From positions 32,001 to 96,000 of IMG/VR virus record IMGVR_UViG_3300025418_000839: a stretch of 64,000 nucleotides of DNA, one strand, 5' to 3'. The position numbers and the translations under genes were made by a program. The stretch's first letter is position 1, and every line of letters starts with the position of its first letter. Positions 18,256-27,293 of the stretch are shown here, piece after piece. Source of the DNA: a virus (taxonomy: Duplodnaviria; Caudoviricetes). The notes beneath the pieces were generated by a model that worked only from the letters and a program-made list of their open reading frames with translations, did not search any database and had not been told where the DNA came from.

Positions 18256-19314
18256 CTACTTCGCCGGTGCTACTCCTTCTTTTACTGCTTGATCTTCTGG
18301 AACATCATCCTTTTTAGAATTGCCCAAAGGAATTGTTGGTTCCTTGGCTGTTGGCGATGTTTTTGTGGGATCAATATTTTTTACTCCTACTACTGGTACT
18401 GCTTTTACTTCTTGAGTCTGCGGTTTGTCTTGACCAAAGTTGTACCAAGCCCGTTCAGGAGCCATTGGATATTTGTAATCCCATACTCCTTTACGCTGGC
18501 CTTCTTTAATCAATTCTACTACAGCACTTTCAACCGCGGCCTTAAGTGCTATAGTTGTTGCTTCGTTAATAGTGATTCCTGATTCAAATTGGAATATACC
18601 AGCAATGGAACTTTGACTGCCAGTGTTTGGTGCACCAATTTGTTTTACCATGCTACTTAGGCTACCTGGATCAATACTCTTAAAGATTGCAATAGCGTCT
18701 CCAGTTGAATAAACTGTTTTTGTTACAGATATTGCTGCCAGTATCTTACCAGTGTTTACACTCACAGCACGCAGGCTGATTGTAATCACGTCTTTACTAT
18801 ATTGTGTAGTAGGACCAATACCCAGGAAGTTATATCCCACTCCACCAGATTCTAATCCCGAATCGTAACCAATGATACCACCTTCAATGATCATTCCAGC
18901 AAACTGCAATGGCATTAGTTTCTGTGCGTTTTGTCCTTCGTAGGCCTGACGCATCTGTGTAATAATTAAGCGTTCTTTGGTTAAGTTATCTAGACCACCA
19001 CGCTCAACTACATCAAACCAAGTACCGTGTCCTACGTCTTGTAGTGCGCGAATTAATAACGCATCGCCGCCTTGTGTGACTGCTGTACTAAAACTTGCTA
19101 CACCCGGAGTTGCTTTACGTTGTCCAGTTTTATCGTTAAACTGATATACTGCTACGGTTAAACGACCAGCAGCTGGCGGAGGAACCGAATCTAATTCCTT
19201 GACCATTTCGTTTTTCATTAACTTTGGTTTTTCTTCCAGGATTCCAGCTTTTTGACTAATAGCACAACCAGACAGTAGAAGAATTACGGTAGATAATATT
19301 AATAACTTTTTCAC
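18256..19314 (-). CDS. csgG: Curli secretion channel lipoprotein CsgG
   Basis: Lipobox LSGC; AVYQFNDKTGQRK, FSTAVTQG, WFDVVERGGL..LTKER.II, EGGIIGYD, LRAVSVNTG. Confidence 0.93.
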   Translation of the reverse strand: MKKLLILSTVILLLSGCAISQKAGILEEKPKLMKNEMVKELDSVPPPAAGRLTVAVYQFNDKTGQRKATPGVASFSTAVTQGGDALLIRALQDVGHGTWFDVVERGGLDNLTKERLIITQMRQAYEGQNAQKLMPLQFAGMIIEGGIIGYDSGLESGGVGYNFLGIGPTTQYSKDVITISLRAVSVNTGKILAAISVTKTVYSTGDAIAIFKSIDPGSLSSMVKQIGAPNTGSQSSIAGIFQFESGITINEATTIALKAAVESAVVELIKEGQRKGVWDYKYPMAPERAWYNFGQDKPQTQEVKAVPVVGVKNIDPTKTSPTAKEPTIPLGNSKKDDVPEDQAVKEGVAPAK

Positions 19315-19315
19315 G

Positions 19316-19789
19316 TTAATGTCCTGCCGTAAACTGGCCCATGGGCACGTTAACAGTTGTAGTATTCATTCCATCAAATACCTGTAGTTGTATACCCGAA
19401 GTACCATCTTTTAGAATAGTTTGGCTCCAAGTAATATTTCCAGCACCAAATGCTATTTGCCCAGGCTGTACTTGGCCAGGAGTGCTGAACATACTAGTAG
19501 CTACGTTTTGACTGATTTGTGCGTAGATTCTTGACTCTAAGTTAGTCAAAAACTGCTGTAAAGGAGTATTTGCGGCAGCACTTGCTGCCTGTTGTGCGGC
19601 CGCTTGTATGGCCTGTTGAACTGCTTGTTGACGTTGGTATTGTTCGTTTTCTAAGCCAAGTTGGAAAGCTCCGTAACCAGAACCGTTTAGGCTTGGGCTT
19701 TTGAAACTGTAGTCGTTCATCGGCGTCGCTAGTACAGTCGTAGCGTACAGCGATACCCCAGTTAAGATAACCTTGTTGAAAAACTTCAT
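19316..19789 (-). CDS. csgF: Curli assembly component CsgF
   Basis: Signal peptide, YSFKSPSLNG (cf. FQFRNPNFGG), FLTNLESRIYAQ; directly upstream of csgG. Confidence 0.8.
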   Translation of the reverse strand: MKFFNKVILTGVSLYATTVLATPMNDYSFKSPSLNGSGYGAFQLGLENEQYQRQQAVQQAIQAAAQQAASAAANTPLQQFLTNLESRIYAQISQNVATSMFSTPGQVQPGQIAFGAGNITWSQTILKDGTSGIQLQVFDGMNTTTVNVPMGQFTAGH

Positions 19790-19860
19790 AACTTCTACCT
19801 CTTTTATTATTATTATCGGTAGAGTCGTGGCGACTCTAGCTCCTATTAGTATTTAACGGG
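19790..19860 (-). promoter_or_regulatory. TAAATA promoter and hairpin leader of the csg operon
   Basis: Minus strand gttaaatac, then tagagtcg-cca-cgactcta 8-bp stem, (AAT)n tract, GAGG SD. Confidence 0.55.
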
Positions 19861-19882
19861 AACTAGAATAAAAGTTATCTGG

Positions 19883-20185
19883 CTATTTTTTAATGCGGGT
19901 TAGGATTTCTTGATAAAATGAGTCAAGTTCGCCGCCAAACTTGCCCATTAAGTGCTCTGCAATATCCTCGCAGAGTTTGTAGTCGTTGTTGTTAAGAGCT
20001 TGGATAAATCCTTGATGTAGCTCTTTGTAGCGGTCAATTGAAGATAATTCAAATACTATTTTTTCAGCTGGTACTACACAGTAGGTCTTGACTGGAGAGC
20101 CACTGACTTCAAAAGTTTCTAACTCAAGTAGGGTATGAGTTTCCTGTAAGCGTTTGACTGCTTGTTGGTCCCAAACTATTTGCAC
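19883..20185 (-). CDS. Stand-alone homolog of the adenylate cyclase C-terminal ~100 aa
   Basis: HLMGKFGGELDSFYQEILTR versus KLIGNFGGQMDKYYKIWIER of 9985..12036. Confidence 0.6.
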   Translation of the reverse strand: MQIVWDQQAVKRLQETHTLLELETFEVSGSPVKTYCVVPAEKIVFELSSIDRYKELHQGFIQALNNNDYKLCEDIAEHLMGKFGGELDSFYQEILTRIKK

Positions 20186-20187
20186 TA

Positions 20188-20718
20188 TCAGTCCTTGGAT
20201 ATTTTTAAACGATGATAGATTTCTTGTACACCCTGTGCTTGGCTAATACAATCTTCTAAAGCATTGTGCAGGCCAGCTTTGTTCTTTTCACGTGGGTCAC
20301 CGTGTACACCAAATAGTGTGCGGCTATCACGTATTTGCCAAAACTGCCAGGGAGTCGGCCAACCCATCTGACGATAAATGTTTTCTAAGATAACAATGTC
20401 AAATGCAGGACCTTGACACCAAATGTTAGTTGCTCCTACCAGGAAGCGATTCAGCTGTCGATACATAGATTCTAAGCTGACACGATCCCGTTCATCAAAG
20501 GCTTCTTCGTAAACATCAGCACTTTGATTAGCCCACCATTTGAGAGTATCTTCCTGTGCTACACGTCCTAGTGCTAGTTGCTCGTCCACATCAATACGGA
20601 AGTAAAGACTATCACCAAACGAGTCTACTGTATAGGGATCAAATTTTACTGCGCCAAGGGTGAGTATGGCACAGTCTGGGCAAGTACCCAGGGATTCTAA
20701 ATCCAACATTACGTCCAT
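20188..20718 (-). CDS. DEDD 3'-5' exonuclease (Rv2179c/exonuclease VIII-like)
   Basis: MLDLESLG, WCQGPAFD, RDSRTL, HNALED. Confidence 0.85.
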   Translation of the reverse strand: MDVMLDLESLGTCPDCAILTLGAVKFDPYTVDSFGDSLYFRIDVDEQLALGRVAQEDTLKWWANQSADVYEEAFDERDRVSLESMYRQLNRFLVGATNIWCQGPAFDIVILENIYRQMGWPTPWQFWQIRDSRTLFGVHGDPREKNKAGLHNALEDCISQAQGVQEIYHRLKISKD

Positions 20719-21194
20719 TATTTTGCCTTGAGTAATTTCATTGATTCAGCTTCCACTACTCGAGTACGCAAGCCCGAGCTAGAGAATGAATGATCACGAC
20801 GGTTAAAGATACACTCGATGCCACGCATAAATCCTTCACGCTTGCCTGTGTATTCTGATTGCTCATACTCAACTCCTAACATACGAACATCAATAGGAAG
20901 GATTAATAACAAGTCCACTAAGTCCTGTTCTGTTTGATAAACTACTACTTCATCTACATAACGGCAAGCAGCTAGTTGAATCTGCCGTTCAACAATGCTC
21001 TGCACAGGTTTGTTTTTAGTATCAGGACGATCGATAGTGGGATCTGTTTGCAAGCCAGCAATTAGGTAATCGCAATGATTCTTTGCTTCGGCCAGCATGG
21101 CAATGTGCCCTGCGTGCAACATGTCAAATGTTGAAAAGGTGATGCCAATACGTTTACCGTCGTCTTTGAGTTTACGAATGTGATTGAATATCAT
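20718..21194 (-). CDS. Cytidylyltransferase (TagD/glycerol-3-phosphate cytidylyltransferase-like)
   Basis: FDMLHAGH (HxGH), CRYVDEV, FSSSGLR. Confidence 0.85.
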   Translation of the reverse strand: MIFNHIRKLKDDGKRIGITFSTFDMLHAGHIAMLAEAKNHCDYLIAGLQTDPTIDRPDTKNKPVQSIVERQIQLAACRYVDEVVVYQTEQDLVDLLLILPIDVRMLGVEYEQSEYTGKREGFMRGIECIFNRRDHSFSSSGLRTRVVEAESMKLLKAK

Positions 21195-21508
21195 GTGTCT
21201 TGTTCAATTTTAACTTGTAAAGGGAAACCATTGTTACGTGCTAACATAGTAACTTCGATGCCTTTTTGTTCAGCTAATTCGTATGGTAGTACTGCTACTA
21301 CTGCTGAACCTTCTTCGTGTACTTTCATGGTAATTGCTTCTGCAGCACCTTCGTCATAGTTAAATATGACCTTTAGTGTTTCAACCACAAACTCCTGTGT
21401 AGTAGTTTCGTCGTTGATATAAATCACGCGATACTGTGGAGGTTCAGGTATATTATTTTTTGGCTCGATGCGTGGACGAACTTCAATATGTGTTTTAGTT
21501 TTGGACAT
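21191..21508 (-). CDS. clpS: ClpS N-end-rule adaptor
   Basis: PPQYRVIYINDETTTQEFVV..MKVHEEG..ELAEQK..GFPL. Confidence 0.88.
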   Translation of the reverse strand: MSKTKTHIEVRPRIEPKNNIPEPPQYRVIYINDETTTQEFVVETLKVIFNYDEGAAEAITMKVHEEGSAVVAVLPYELAEQKGIEVTMLARNNGFPLQVKIEQDT

Positions 21509-21522
21509 TGTTTTCTACGATA

Positions 21523-21557
21523 AAAATAAAGGGGTAAAATTACTCTACCCCTTTATT
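21523..21557 (-). terminator. Rho-independent terminator after hsp20
   Basis: aataaaggggta..tacccctttatt inverted repeat. Confidence 0.65.
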
Positions 21558-21572
21558 ATACACACAAATTAA

Positions 21573-22025
21573 TTATTTTGCAAATGTAATTTGAATTTTT
21601 TTAGCCTTTTGTTCTTCAGGAATTACCTGCTCTAGAGCAACGGCCAAAATACCATTTTTTACTGTAGCACCACGTACTTCAATATGCTCAGCTAATGGGA
21701 AAGTACGAGTAAAGTTGCGGGCTGAGATGCCTTTGTGCAAGTACTCAACTTCTTCATCTTTTTTGGATTGTTCACCTTTGACTGTTAGAACGTTTTCTTT
21801 TAGTTCAACGTCAATTTCGTCTTCGGCAAAACCGGCCACAGCTACTTCGATAACATAGTGAGTGTCATCTAATTTAACTACGTTGTGTGGAGGGTAGTTA
21901 TCGCTTTTGCTGTTGGCAAAGTTACGATTTAGCTGTTCGAATAAACTGTCAAAGCCAATGGCTTGGCGATGAATTTGGTTCACGAATGTAGGTAAATCAA
22001 GGGTGTGGATTTGTAATTGTGTCAT
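21573..22025 (-). CDS. ibpA: Small heat-shock protein Hsp20 (IbpA-like)
   Basis: IGFDSLF, NYPPHN, AVAGF, YLHKGISARNFTRTF, NGILAV. Confidence 0.92.
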   Translation of the reverse strand: MTQLQIHTLDLPTFVNQIHRQAIGFDSLFEQLNRNFANSKSDNYPPHNVVKLDDTHYVIEVAVAGFAEDEIDVELKENVLTVKGEQSKKDEEVEYLHKGISARNFTRTFPLAEHIEVRGATVKNGILAVALEQVIPEEQKAKKIQITFAK

Positions 22026-22090
22026 TTTATATCTCCTTTATTAAGCAAAATATGACTAAGTGTGTAGCCCGACTATCGGCACTACAAATA
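22026..22090 (-). promoter_or_regulatory. ROSE-like RNA thermometer upstream of hsp20
   Basis: UAUUUUGCUU-AAUA-AAGGAGAUA stem with bulged G over the SD; upstream hairpin tgtagtgccga-tag-tcgggctaca. Confidence 0.65.
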
Positions 22091-22124
22091 TATTTATACT
22101 ACAAAATTATGAAATTGTCAATGA

Positions 22125-22376
22125 TTAGTACAATTTTTTGGGTAACGATTCAGAAGCTAATTTTTTACGCCAACGGTTCTTGGCCGCTGCTTTAGCTTTT
22201 TTACGTGCTGTAGTGGGTTTTTCGTAGGTCTCACGTTCTTTAAGTTCACGAAGCAAGCCTGATTCCAGGACTTTCTTTTTGAATTTACGTAGAGCTTTTT
22301 CTACAGGTTCACCGTCACGTAATGTAACTGTGTTACCTCTACAAACAACTGGACCGCCTTTTTGATGATATGCCAT
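22125..22376 (-). CDS. rpsU: Ribosomal protein bS21
   Basis: EKALRKFKKKV...GLLRELKERETYEKPTTARKK. Confidence 0.88.
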   Translation of the reverse strand: MAYHQKGGPVVCRGNTVTLRDGEPVEKALRKFKKKVLESGLLRELKERETYEKPTTARKKAKAAAKNRWRKKLASESLPKKLY

Positions 22377-22405
22377 AAGTTTATTTAGTTGATTAACTCG
22401 GGTTA

Positions 22406-23965
22406 TTAATTTTTATTCAAATACTGTTTAATTTGCTCTTGTTCTACATCAGTTAGAGTATCTGGATCATAACGACCAGCTTCTAATTCTTCTACTAAAT
22501 GTCGAATATACGCTTCTTCATAAGCATACACGTCTGTTTGACGTTTGTCAACCTCTATCCAACGATTTCCGTTGTATTTGAACAAACGATTTGGTAAGTA
22601 ATCTGTCCGAAGATACACATCGCCCTTACCAGGATTAGCCGGGAAAGTATTACCAAAATCCGAATGGCTGGCTTTACCCAAATTGGGTGTGTTATCTGCT
22701 TGTGCTACCAAATGTGTGTGCATGACTCCGCGGTTGCGTCCAGGTGCTGCTTCTAAGTTTACTCGGGGTGGAGGAGTTGGTTCTGGTACAGGCTCCGGTG
22801 TTGGCTCAGGTTCTGGTGTTACCTGTAGATCAACGTTTGATTCTGGTACCGCTATACGAGTAATAAGAACGGGTTCTTCATCGACTTCTTCTACTGTTTC
22901 TTCTTTGGGTTTGCCAAAAACGCTGGACATTGGGAAACTAAATCCTGACCAAAGAGGCTTTGTTTCTTCTACTGGTAATTCTTCTTCGGGTTCTGGGTCA
23001 TTATGTACTACTAGTGCACCTTCTGAATAATCAGTCCAATCTGGAATTTCTGTTTCACGATCAAATACAGGTTCAAGATCTTCGTAGGTAGTTACAAATG
23101 AAGAGTCTAGCTCAAGTTCAGCAACGGTTTTCTTTTTAAAACGATCACGGATGCGTGCTAAAAACTTGGGCAGTTTAATTTCTGTTTTTGGTTCTTGTTT
23201 AAGTTGTTCACCACGCGACCATGCAAAGGTCATCTGACTTGCTAACAACATAATAACTGCCAATGGATCAAATACAATAACAATAAGGATAATGATCCAG
23301 GTCACTGCACGTTCCAGCATTGATGCATCTGGAGTGGTACCATACACAAATGCAGCAATGTATTTGATGGGTCCTACCTCGGCATCTACCTTACGCACTT
23401 CAGCACGTATGGGAGCGGCTTCATCGTTTAACTTACTGATGATTGTTTGGTTAGCTTCAATGTCTCGAGCCAAGGCCGCACGATCACGCTTTTGGCTGTT
23501 GCGAATAGCATTAGCCTTGTCAGCACCCGTTTCACTTGTGCTTCGAGCCAAGACCTGATCCACTGCGGCATCCATTTGTGATAACTGCTTACGATCGGCT
23601 TCGATGTTGCCACGTGCTGTGGTGATCTTTTCATCGTATATGGCAATTTTTGATTGTACATCACCCGACACCAGGTTTTGGTCATTGTGTGCTTTGGATA
23701 AGAAACCAAAAATACCCATACTTGTGATCAGCATCAAGACCGTAACGGCTGTGACCATATAGGTTTTCATTAGGCGTGGTACACGGCTCCAGTACTGTTT
23801 GATCCAGGTGGCACAGACCAATTTGGCCACTTCCAGACTCACACCCATAATCATAATAGGTACTGCCGCGGCAGAGAAAATTGCGGTAAGACCCACTACA
23901 CTATAGTAGATTGCAACAGAACTTATGGTAAGACCGGTTAAGAGTAATAGGTACGCAAGTATCAT
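22406..23965 (-). CDS. Multi-TM membrane protein with coiled coil and acidic Pro/Glu tail
   Basis: 3 N-terminal TMs, coiled coil, a further TM, PEPEPTPEP repeats. Confidence 0.65.
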   Translation of the reverse strand: MILAYLLLLTGLTISSVAIYYSVVGLTAIFSAAAVPIMIMGVSLEVAKLVCATWIKQYWSRVPRLMKTYMVTAVTVLMLITSMGIFGFLSKAHNDQNLVSGDVQSKIAIYDEKITTARGNIEADRKQLSQMDAAVDQVLARSTSETGADKANAIRNSQKRDRAALARDIEANQTIISKLNDEAAPIRAEVRKVDAEVGPIKYIAAFVYGTTPDASMLERAVTWIIILIVIVFDPLAVIMLLASQMTFAWSRGEQLKQEPKTEIKLPKFLARIRDRFKKKTVAELELDSSFVTTYEDLEPVFDRETEIPDWTDYSEGALVVHNDPEPEEELPVEETKPLWSGFSFPMSSVFGKPKEETVEEVDEEPVLITRIAVPESNVDLQVTPEPEPTPEPVPEPTPPPRVNLEAAPGRNRGVMHTHLVAQADNTPNLGKASHSDFGNTFPANPGKGDVYLRTDYLPNRLFKYNGNRWIEVDKRQTDVYAYEEAYIRHLVEELEAGRYDPDTLTDVEQEQIKQYLNKN

Positions 23966-24033
23966 AGTATGTATTTATTGAGTTTGAGCTCAGTAATTGT
24001 ACTATAATGCAGGATCAATGTCAAGAGATTCGG

Positions 24034-27000
24034 TTAACTAATAGATTTAACCACGGCAAAGTTTATAACCAAAGCATCATTATGCCCGGCACCAGTGGCG
24101 TTATAAACATAAATGATAAAACTGCCTGCGGCTACTGCACCCACTGTTACCAAATATGTGGCGGCGGTTACCGGAGTCTGTAAATTTACAATGATTGAAT
24201 CATTTGAATTAACATAGCTATTATTAACTGTAAACGCATTAATAGTATAAGCACCAATGGTACCAGAGGCCATTGTAATTTGACCAGTGGCTCCATTGGC
24301 CGTTACCGCGGTTGTTTTGTTTGTTGATTGAGTTACACCACCGGCGGTATTGGACAATATCAAGTTACCGCCAACTTTGACATTACCAGTTACAGTAACC
24401 GTGCCGCCAACCGTTTCGTTAAGGGCAATGGCTACGTTACCAGCGGCGATGTTGCCTGAATACGTTGGCAAGTAAGAAGCCACGTTGGCGTTGGTATACA
24501 CTTGAGTTTGTAGTGTGGCAATGGCCGCATTGGCCGCTGTCACGTTGCTGTTGATTGAGTTGATCTGCGTTTGCTGTGTGCCTGCGTTGGCAGTCCATGC
24601 AGTAGAGACAGCATCCACATACCCCTTCATTGCAGTATTGGCTGTAACTATTGCGGCATTGGCACCAGCCACATTTGCCGCCATGGCCGAATTCAATGTG
24701 TTGACATAACTTACTACTGCTGAGTTGGCAGTGACTATTGCCGCATTGGCCCCAGTAATTTGATTTTGTAAACCAGCAACATTGGCATTGGCAAATAACT
24801 CGTAAGCACCTACGTTGGCCGATAGGGTTTGCATGGTGTTATTAACAGTAGTAATCTGACTATTAACATAACTGACCACATTGGTATTGGCTGTGGTAAT
24901 TGTGGTGTTAAGTGTTGATACTTGACCATCAACATAACTCTTTAAGCCAGTATTGGCAGTGACTATTGCCGCATTGGCACCCAAAATACTATTGTATAGG
25001 CCTGCGGTATTGGCATTGCTGAACGTCTCAAATGCACCTACATTGGCTGATAATGTTTGTACTGTAGATGCTGTAGCAAATGTAGCATTGGCATAAGTCT
25101 CAAATGCACCTACATTGGCCGTGATAGTTTGCAATGAGTTGTTGATGTTGGTAAACTGTCCGGTTGCGGCCGAGATAGTTCCGGTGCCAGCCGAAACGTT
25201 GCCAGCTGTGACATTGCCAGTGACACCCAAACTGGTCAAGGTACCAACCTGTGTGATGACAGATTGTATGGCATTGGTCACTGTGCCGGCTGTACCTGCC
25301 GAGGTTGCGGTTCCGTTCAAGGTGGCTGTTATGGTATTGGCATTGAAATTGCCCGACGCATCGCGACTCACAATGGTACTGGCTGTATTGGCACTGGTAG
25401 CATCTACACTTATAGTGATAGCACCGGTGGGTTGGTTTACTGATAGGTGTGTGCTGGCTGTCAGGCTGGTAAACAGGCCTGTGGGTGGAACATAGCTCCA
25501 GACCGAACCGTTGTAGATAACAAATCCGCCTTGTGCGTAGGCTTGATTACCAGCACCCAGATTCTGTGTGCCTGCTGTGCTGATTGAATATTCCCAACCT
25601 GCTGTGCCCGAACCATTGGCCAAATTTGGCGTGTTGGTGCTGGCGTCCCAGGCACCTTTGTAGACCACTCCGCCGGTTAAGCTGGGTGGAATCTGTGCGG
25701 CGGTCAAGTATCCGTTTGAGTCCAGGGTGGCCACACCCAAGCCAGAACCTTTTTGTGTGAGTGGAATACCGGCTGTGGTCTGTACCGAATTGTCTGTGGT
25801 GAATGTGAAAGCATTACCAGTAAAGCCTTGCCAGTCGATCGATCCTGAATTTACTGTACTAGTTGTGCCGGGCTGTGTGGTCCAGAAGTGTATGTCTGAA
25901 CCCTTGGCAGTATTGGTGTAGTTTTCTGTGGCACGGAAATCAATTCTGCTGCCACCCTGTGTGCCTAGTGCGGTATCAAAGGTGTTGGTACCGTAACCGG
26001 CACCGGCCACACGCAATAACACATCGCCGGATTGTGTAGCACTGGGGCTGGCGACATTGCCACGGGCCGAACGACCTTCGTATGTGGGGAACACACCAGT
26101 TCCAAATGCATCGTTAAGGTGTATGCCATTGTAGCCCGGAACTGCCACTGTGTGGAACAAGGTGTTGGTGTATTCGGTGGGCACGGTATTGGTCAGGGTG
26201 CCGTTGATGAGTAGTGCTGACTGAGTGTTCAAGTTTTGTGTACGGATTCGTACTGTACGACCAATGTCCAAAATGCCAGAGTCACCGGTGTTGCCAATTT
26301 GTATGTCTGTGCTGGGTGTTATGGATGTTAGAGTGGTGTTCAGGATAACCAAATTGCCCACGGCCAAGTTTTGTACACCGTTGATATATAAGGTTCCGTT
26401 GTTAACGCCCAACTGCACTTCGGCGTTGGTTACCGAATCGGCCAGCCACAGGCCACCTTGTCCGGCATAGACATTTTTCCAACGAAGAGTAGCAGTACCT
26501 AAATTGTAGGCCTGATCTGAAATGGGAACCACGTTGGCGGCATTGCTGATACCAGTGGATGCAATGGTCATACTGGGCACCGAGGCGTCACTACCCAAGG
26601 GTGTGGTATAAAATTGTACGCTGGTACCCAGCGTGGTAGCTGTTTGATCTTCCAGGGCCACAAAGTCCATGCGGGCTGTGGAGATTGAGGGCCAACCGGT
26701 GTTGCTGTAGGGTGTGGCACCGTACCGAGCAATAATATTGCCGCTTAGTACCTGTGTGGGTGCGTCAGCTGTGCCATTGTAACGACGACCAATGAATGCG
26801 GCATAGTTGTTGACCGAGTCATTGTAGATACGAGCCGGCAGGCTGTCCTGTCCGGTCAGGTGCAACAACACACCGGTATTTTGCGGAACAACTATCGCTC
26901 CATCGGCCGATCCAATAATGTCAATGGCACTATCAAAACTGATGTTGGGCACATAAAAGTTTAGTGTACCATTTTGTAGTGTTTCAATAATGGTACGACC

Positions 27001-27291
27001 TGAAGTGGTCAATGCGTTGAATGCACCAAGAATGTTTACGTTACCTGTGCCGTTGGTATCAAGATTTAGATCTTCATTGGTGTTGGCTGTGCTGATTGTG
27101 GCACCAGTAATCACAAGGTCACCAATGTTGGCATTGGTTACTGCTACCGCGGCAGCTTGTCCGCCTGGTGTAACTCCGTCGCTGATACGGAATCCTTTGA
27201 CGGGATCGTACCAGATACGACCTTTTTCGCCCACGTAGGCATTGGTGTTTCCGGCTTTGCTTAAACTTGTGAATAGTTTTTGAATTGCCAT
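24034..27291 (-). CDS. Tail fibre / adhesin
   Basis: 1085 aa rich in A/N/T/G; YKGAWDASTNTP module; alanine/asparagine coiled-coil repeats. Confidence 0.75.
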   Translation of the reverse strand: MAIQKLFTSLSKAGNTNAYVGEKGRIWYDPVKGFRISDGVTPGGQAAAVAVTNANIGDLVITGATISTANTNEDLNLDTNGTGNVNILGAFNALTTSGRTIIETLQNGTLNFYVPNISFDSAIDIIGSADGAIVVPQNTGVLLHLTGQDSLPARIYNDSVNNYAAFIGRRYNGTADAPTQVLSGNIIARYGATPYSNTGWPSISTARMDFVALEDQTATTLGTSVQFYTTPLGSDASVPSMTIASTGISNAANVVPISDQAYNLGTATLRWKNVYAGQGGLWLADSVTNAEVQLGVNNGTLYINGVQNLAVGNLVILNTTLTSITPSTDIQIGNTGDSGILDIGRTVRIRTQNLNTQSALLINGTLTNTVPTEYTNTLFHTVAVPGYNGIHLNDAFGTGVFPTYEGRSARGNVASPSATQSGDVLLRVAGAGYGTNTFDTALGTQGGSRIDFRATENYTNTAKGSDIHFWTTQPGTTSTVNSGSIDWQGFTGNAFTFTTDNSVQTTAGIPLTQKGSGLGVATLDSNGYLTAAQIPPSLTGGVVYKGAWDASTNTPNLANGSGTAGWEYSISTAGTQNLGAGNQAYAQGGFVIYNGSVWSYVPPTGLFTSLTASTHLSVNQPTGAITISVDATSANTASTIVSRDASGNFNANTITATLNGTATSAGTAGTVTNAIQSVITQVGTLTSLGVTGNVTAGNVSAGTGTISAATGQFTNINNSLQTITANVGAFETYANATFATASTVQTLSANVGAFETFSNANTAGLYNSILGANAAIVTANTGLKSYVDGQVSTLNTTITTANTNVVSYVNSQITTVNNTMQTLSANVGAYELFANANVAGLQNQITGANAAIVTANSAVVSYVNTLNSAMAANVAGANAAIVTANTAMKGYVDAVSTAWTANAGTQQTQINSINSNVTAANAAIATLQTQVYTNANVASYLPTYSGNIAAGNVAIALNETVGGTVTVTGNVKVGGNLILSNTAGGVTQSTNKTTAVTANGATGQITMASGTIGAYTINAFTVNNSYVNSNDSIIVNLQTPVTAATYLVTVGAVAAGSFIIYVYNATGAGHNDALVINFAVVKSIS

Positions 27292-27293
27292 AA

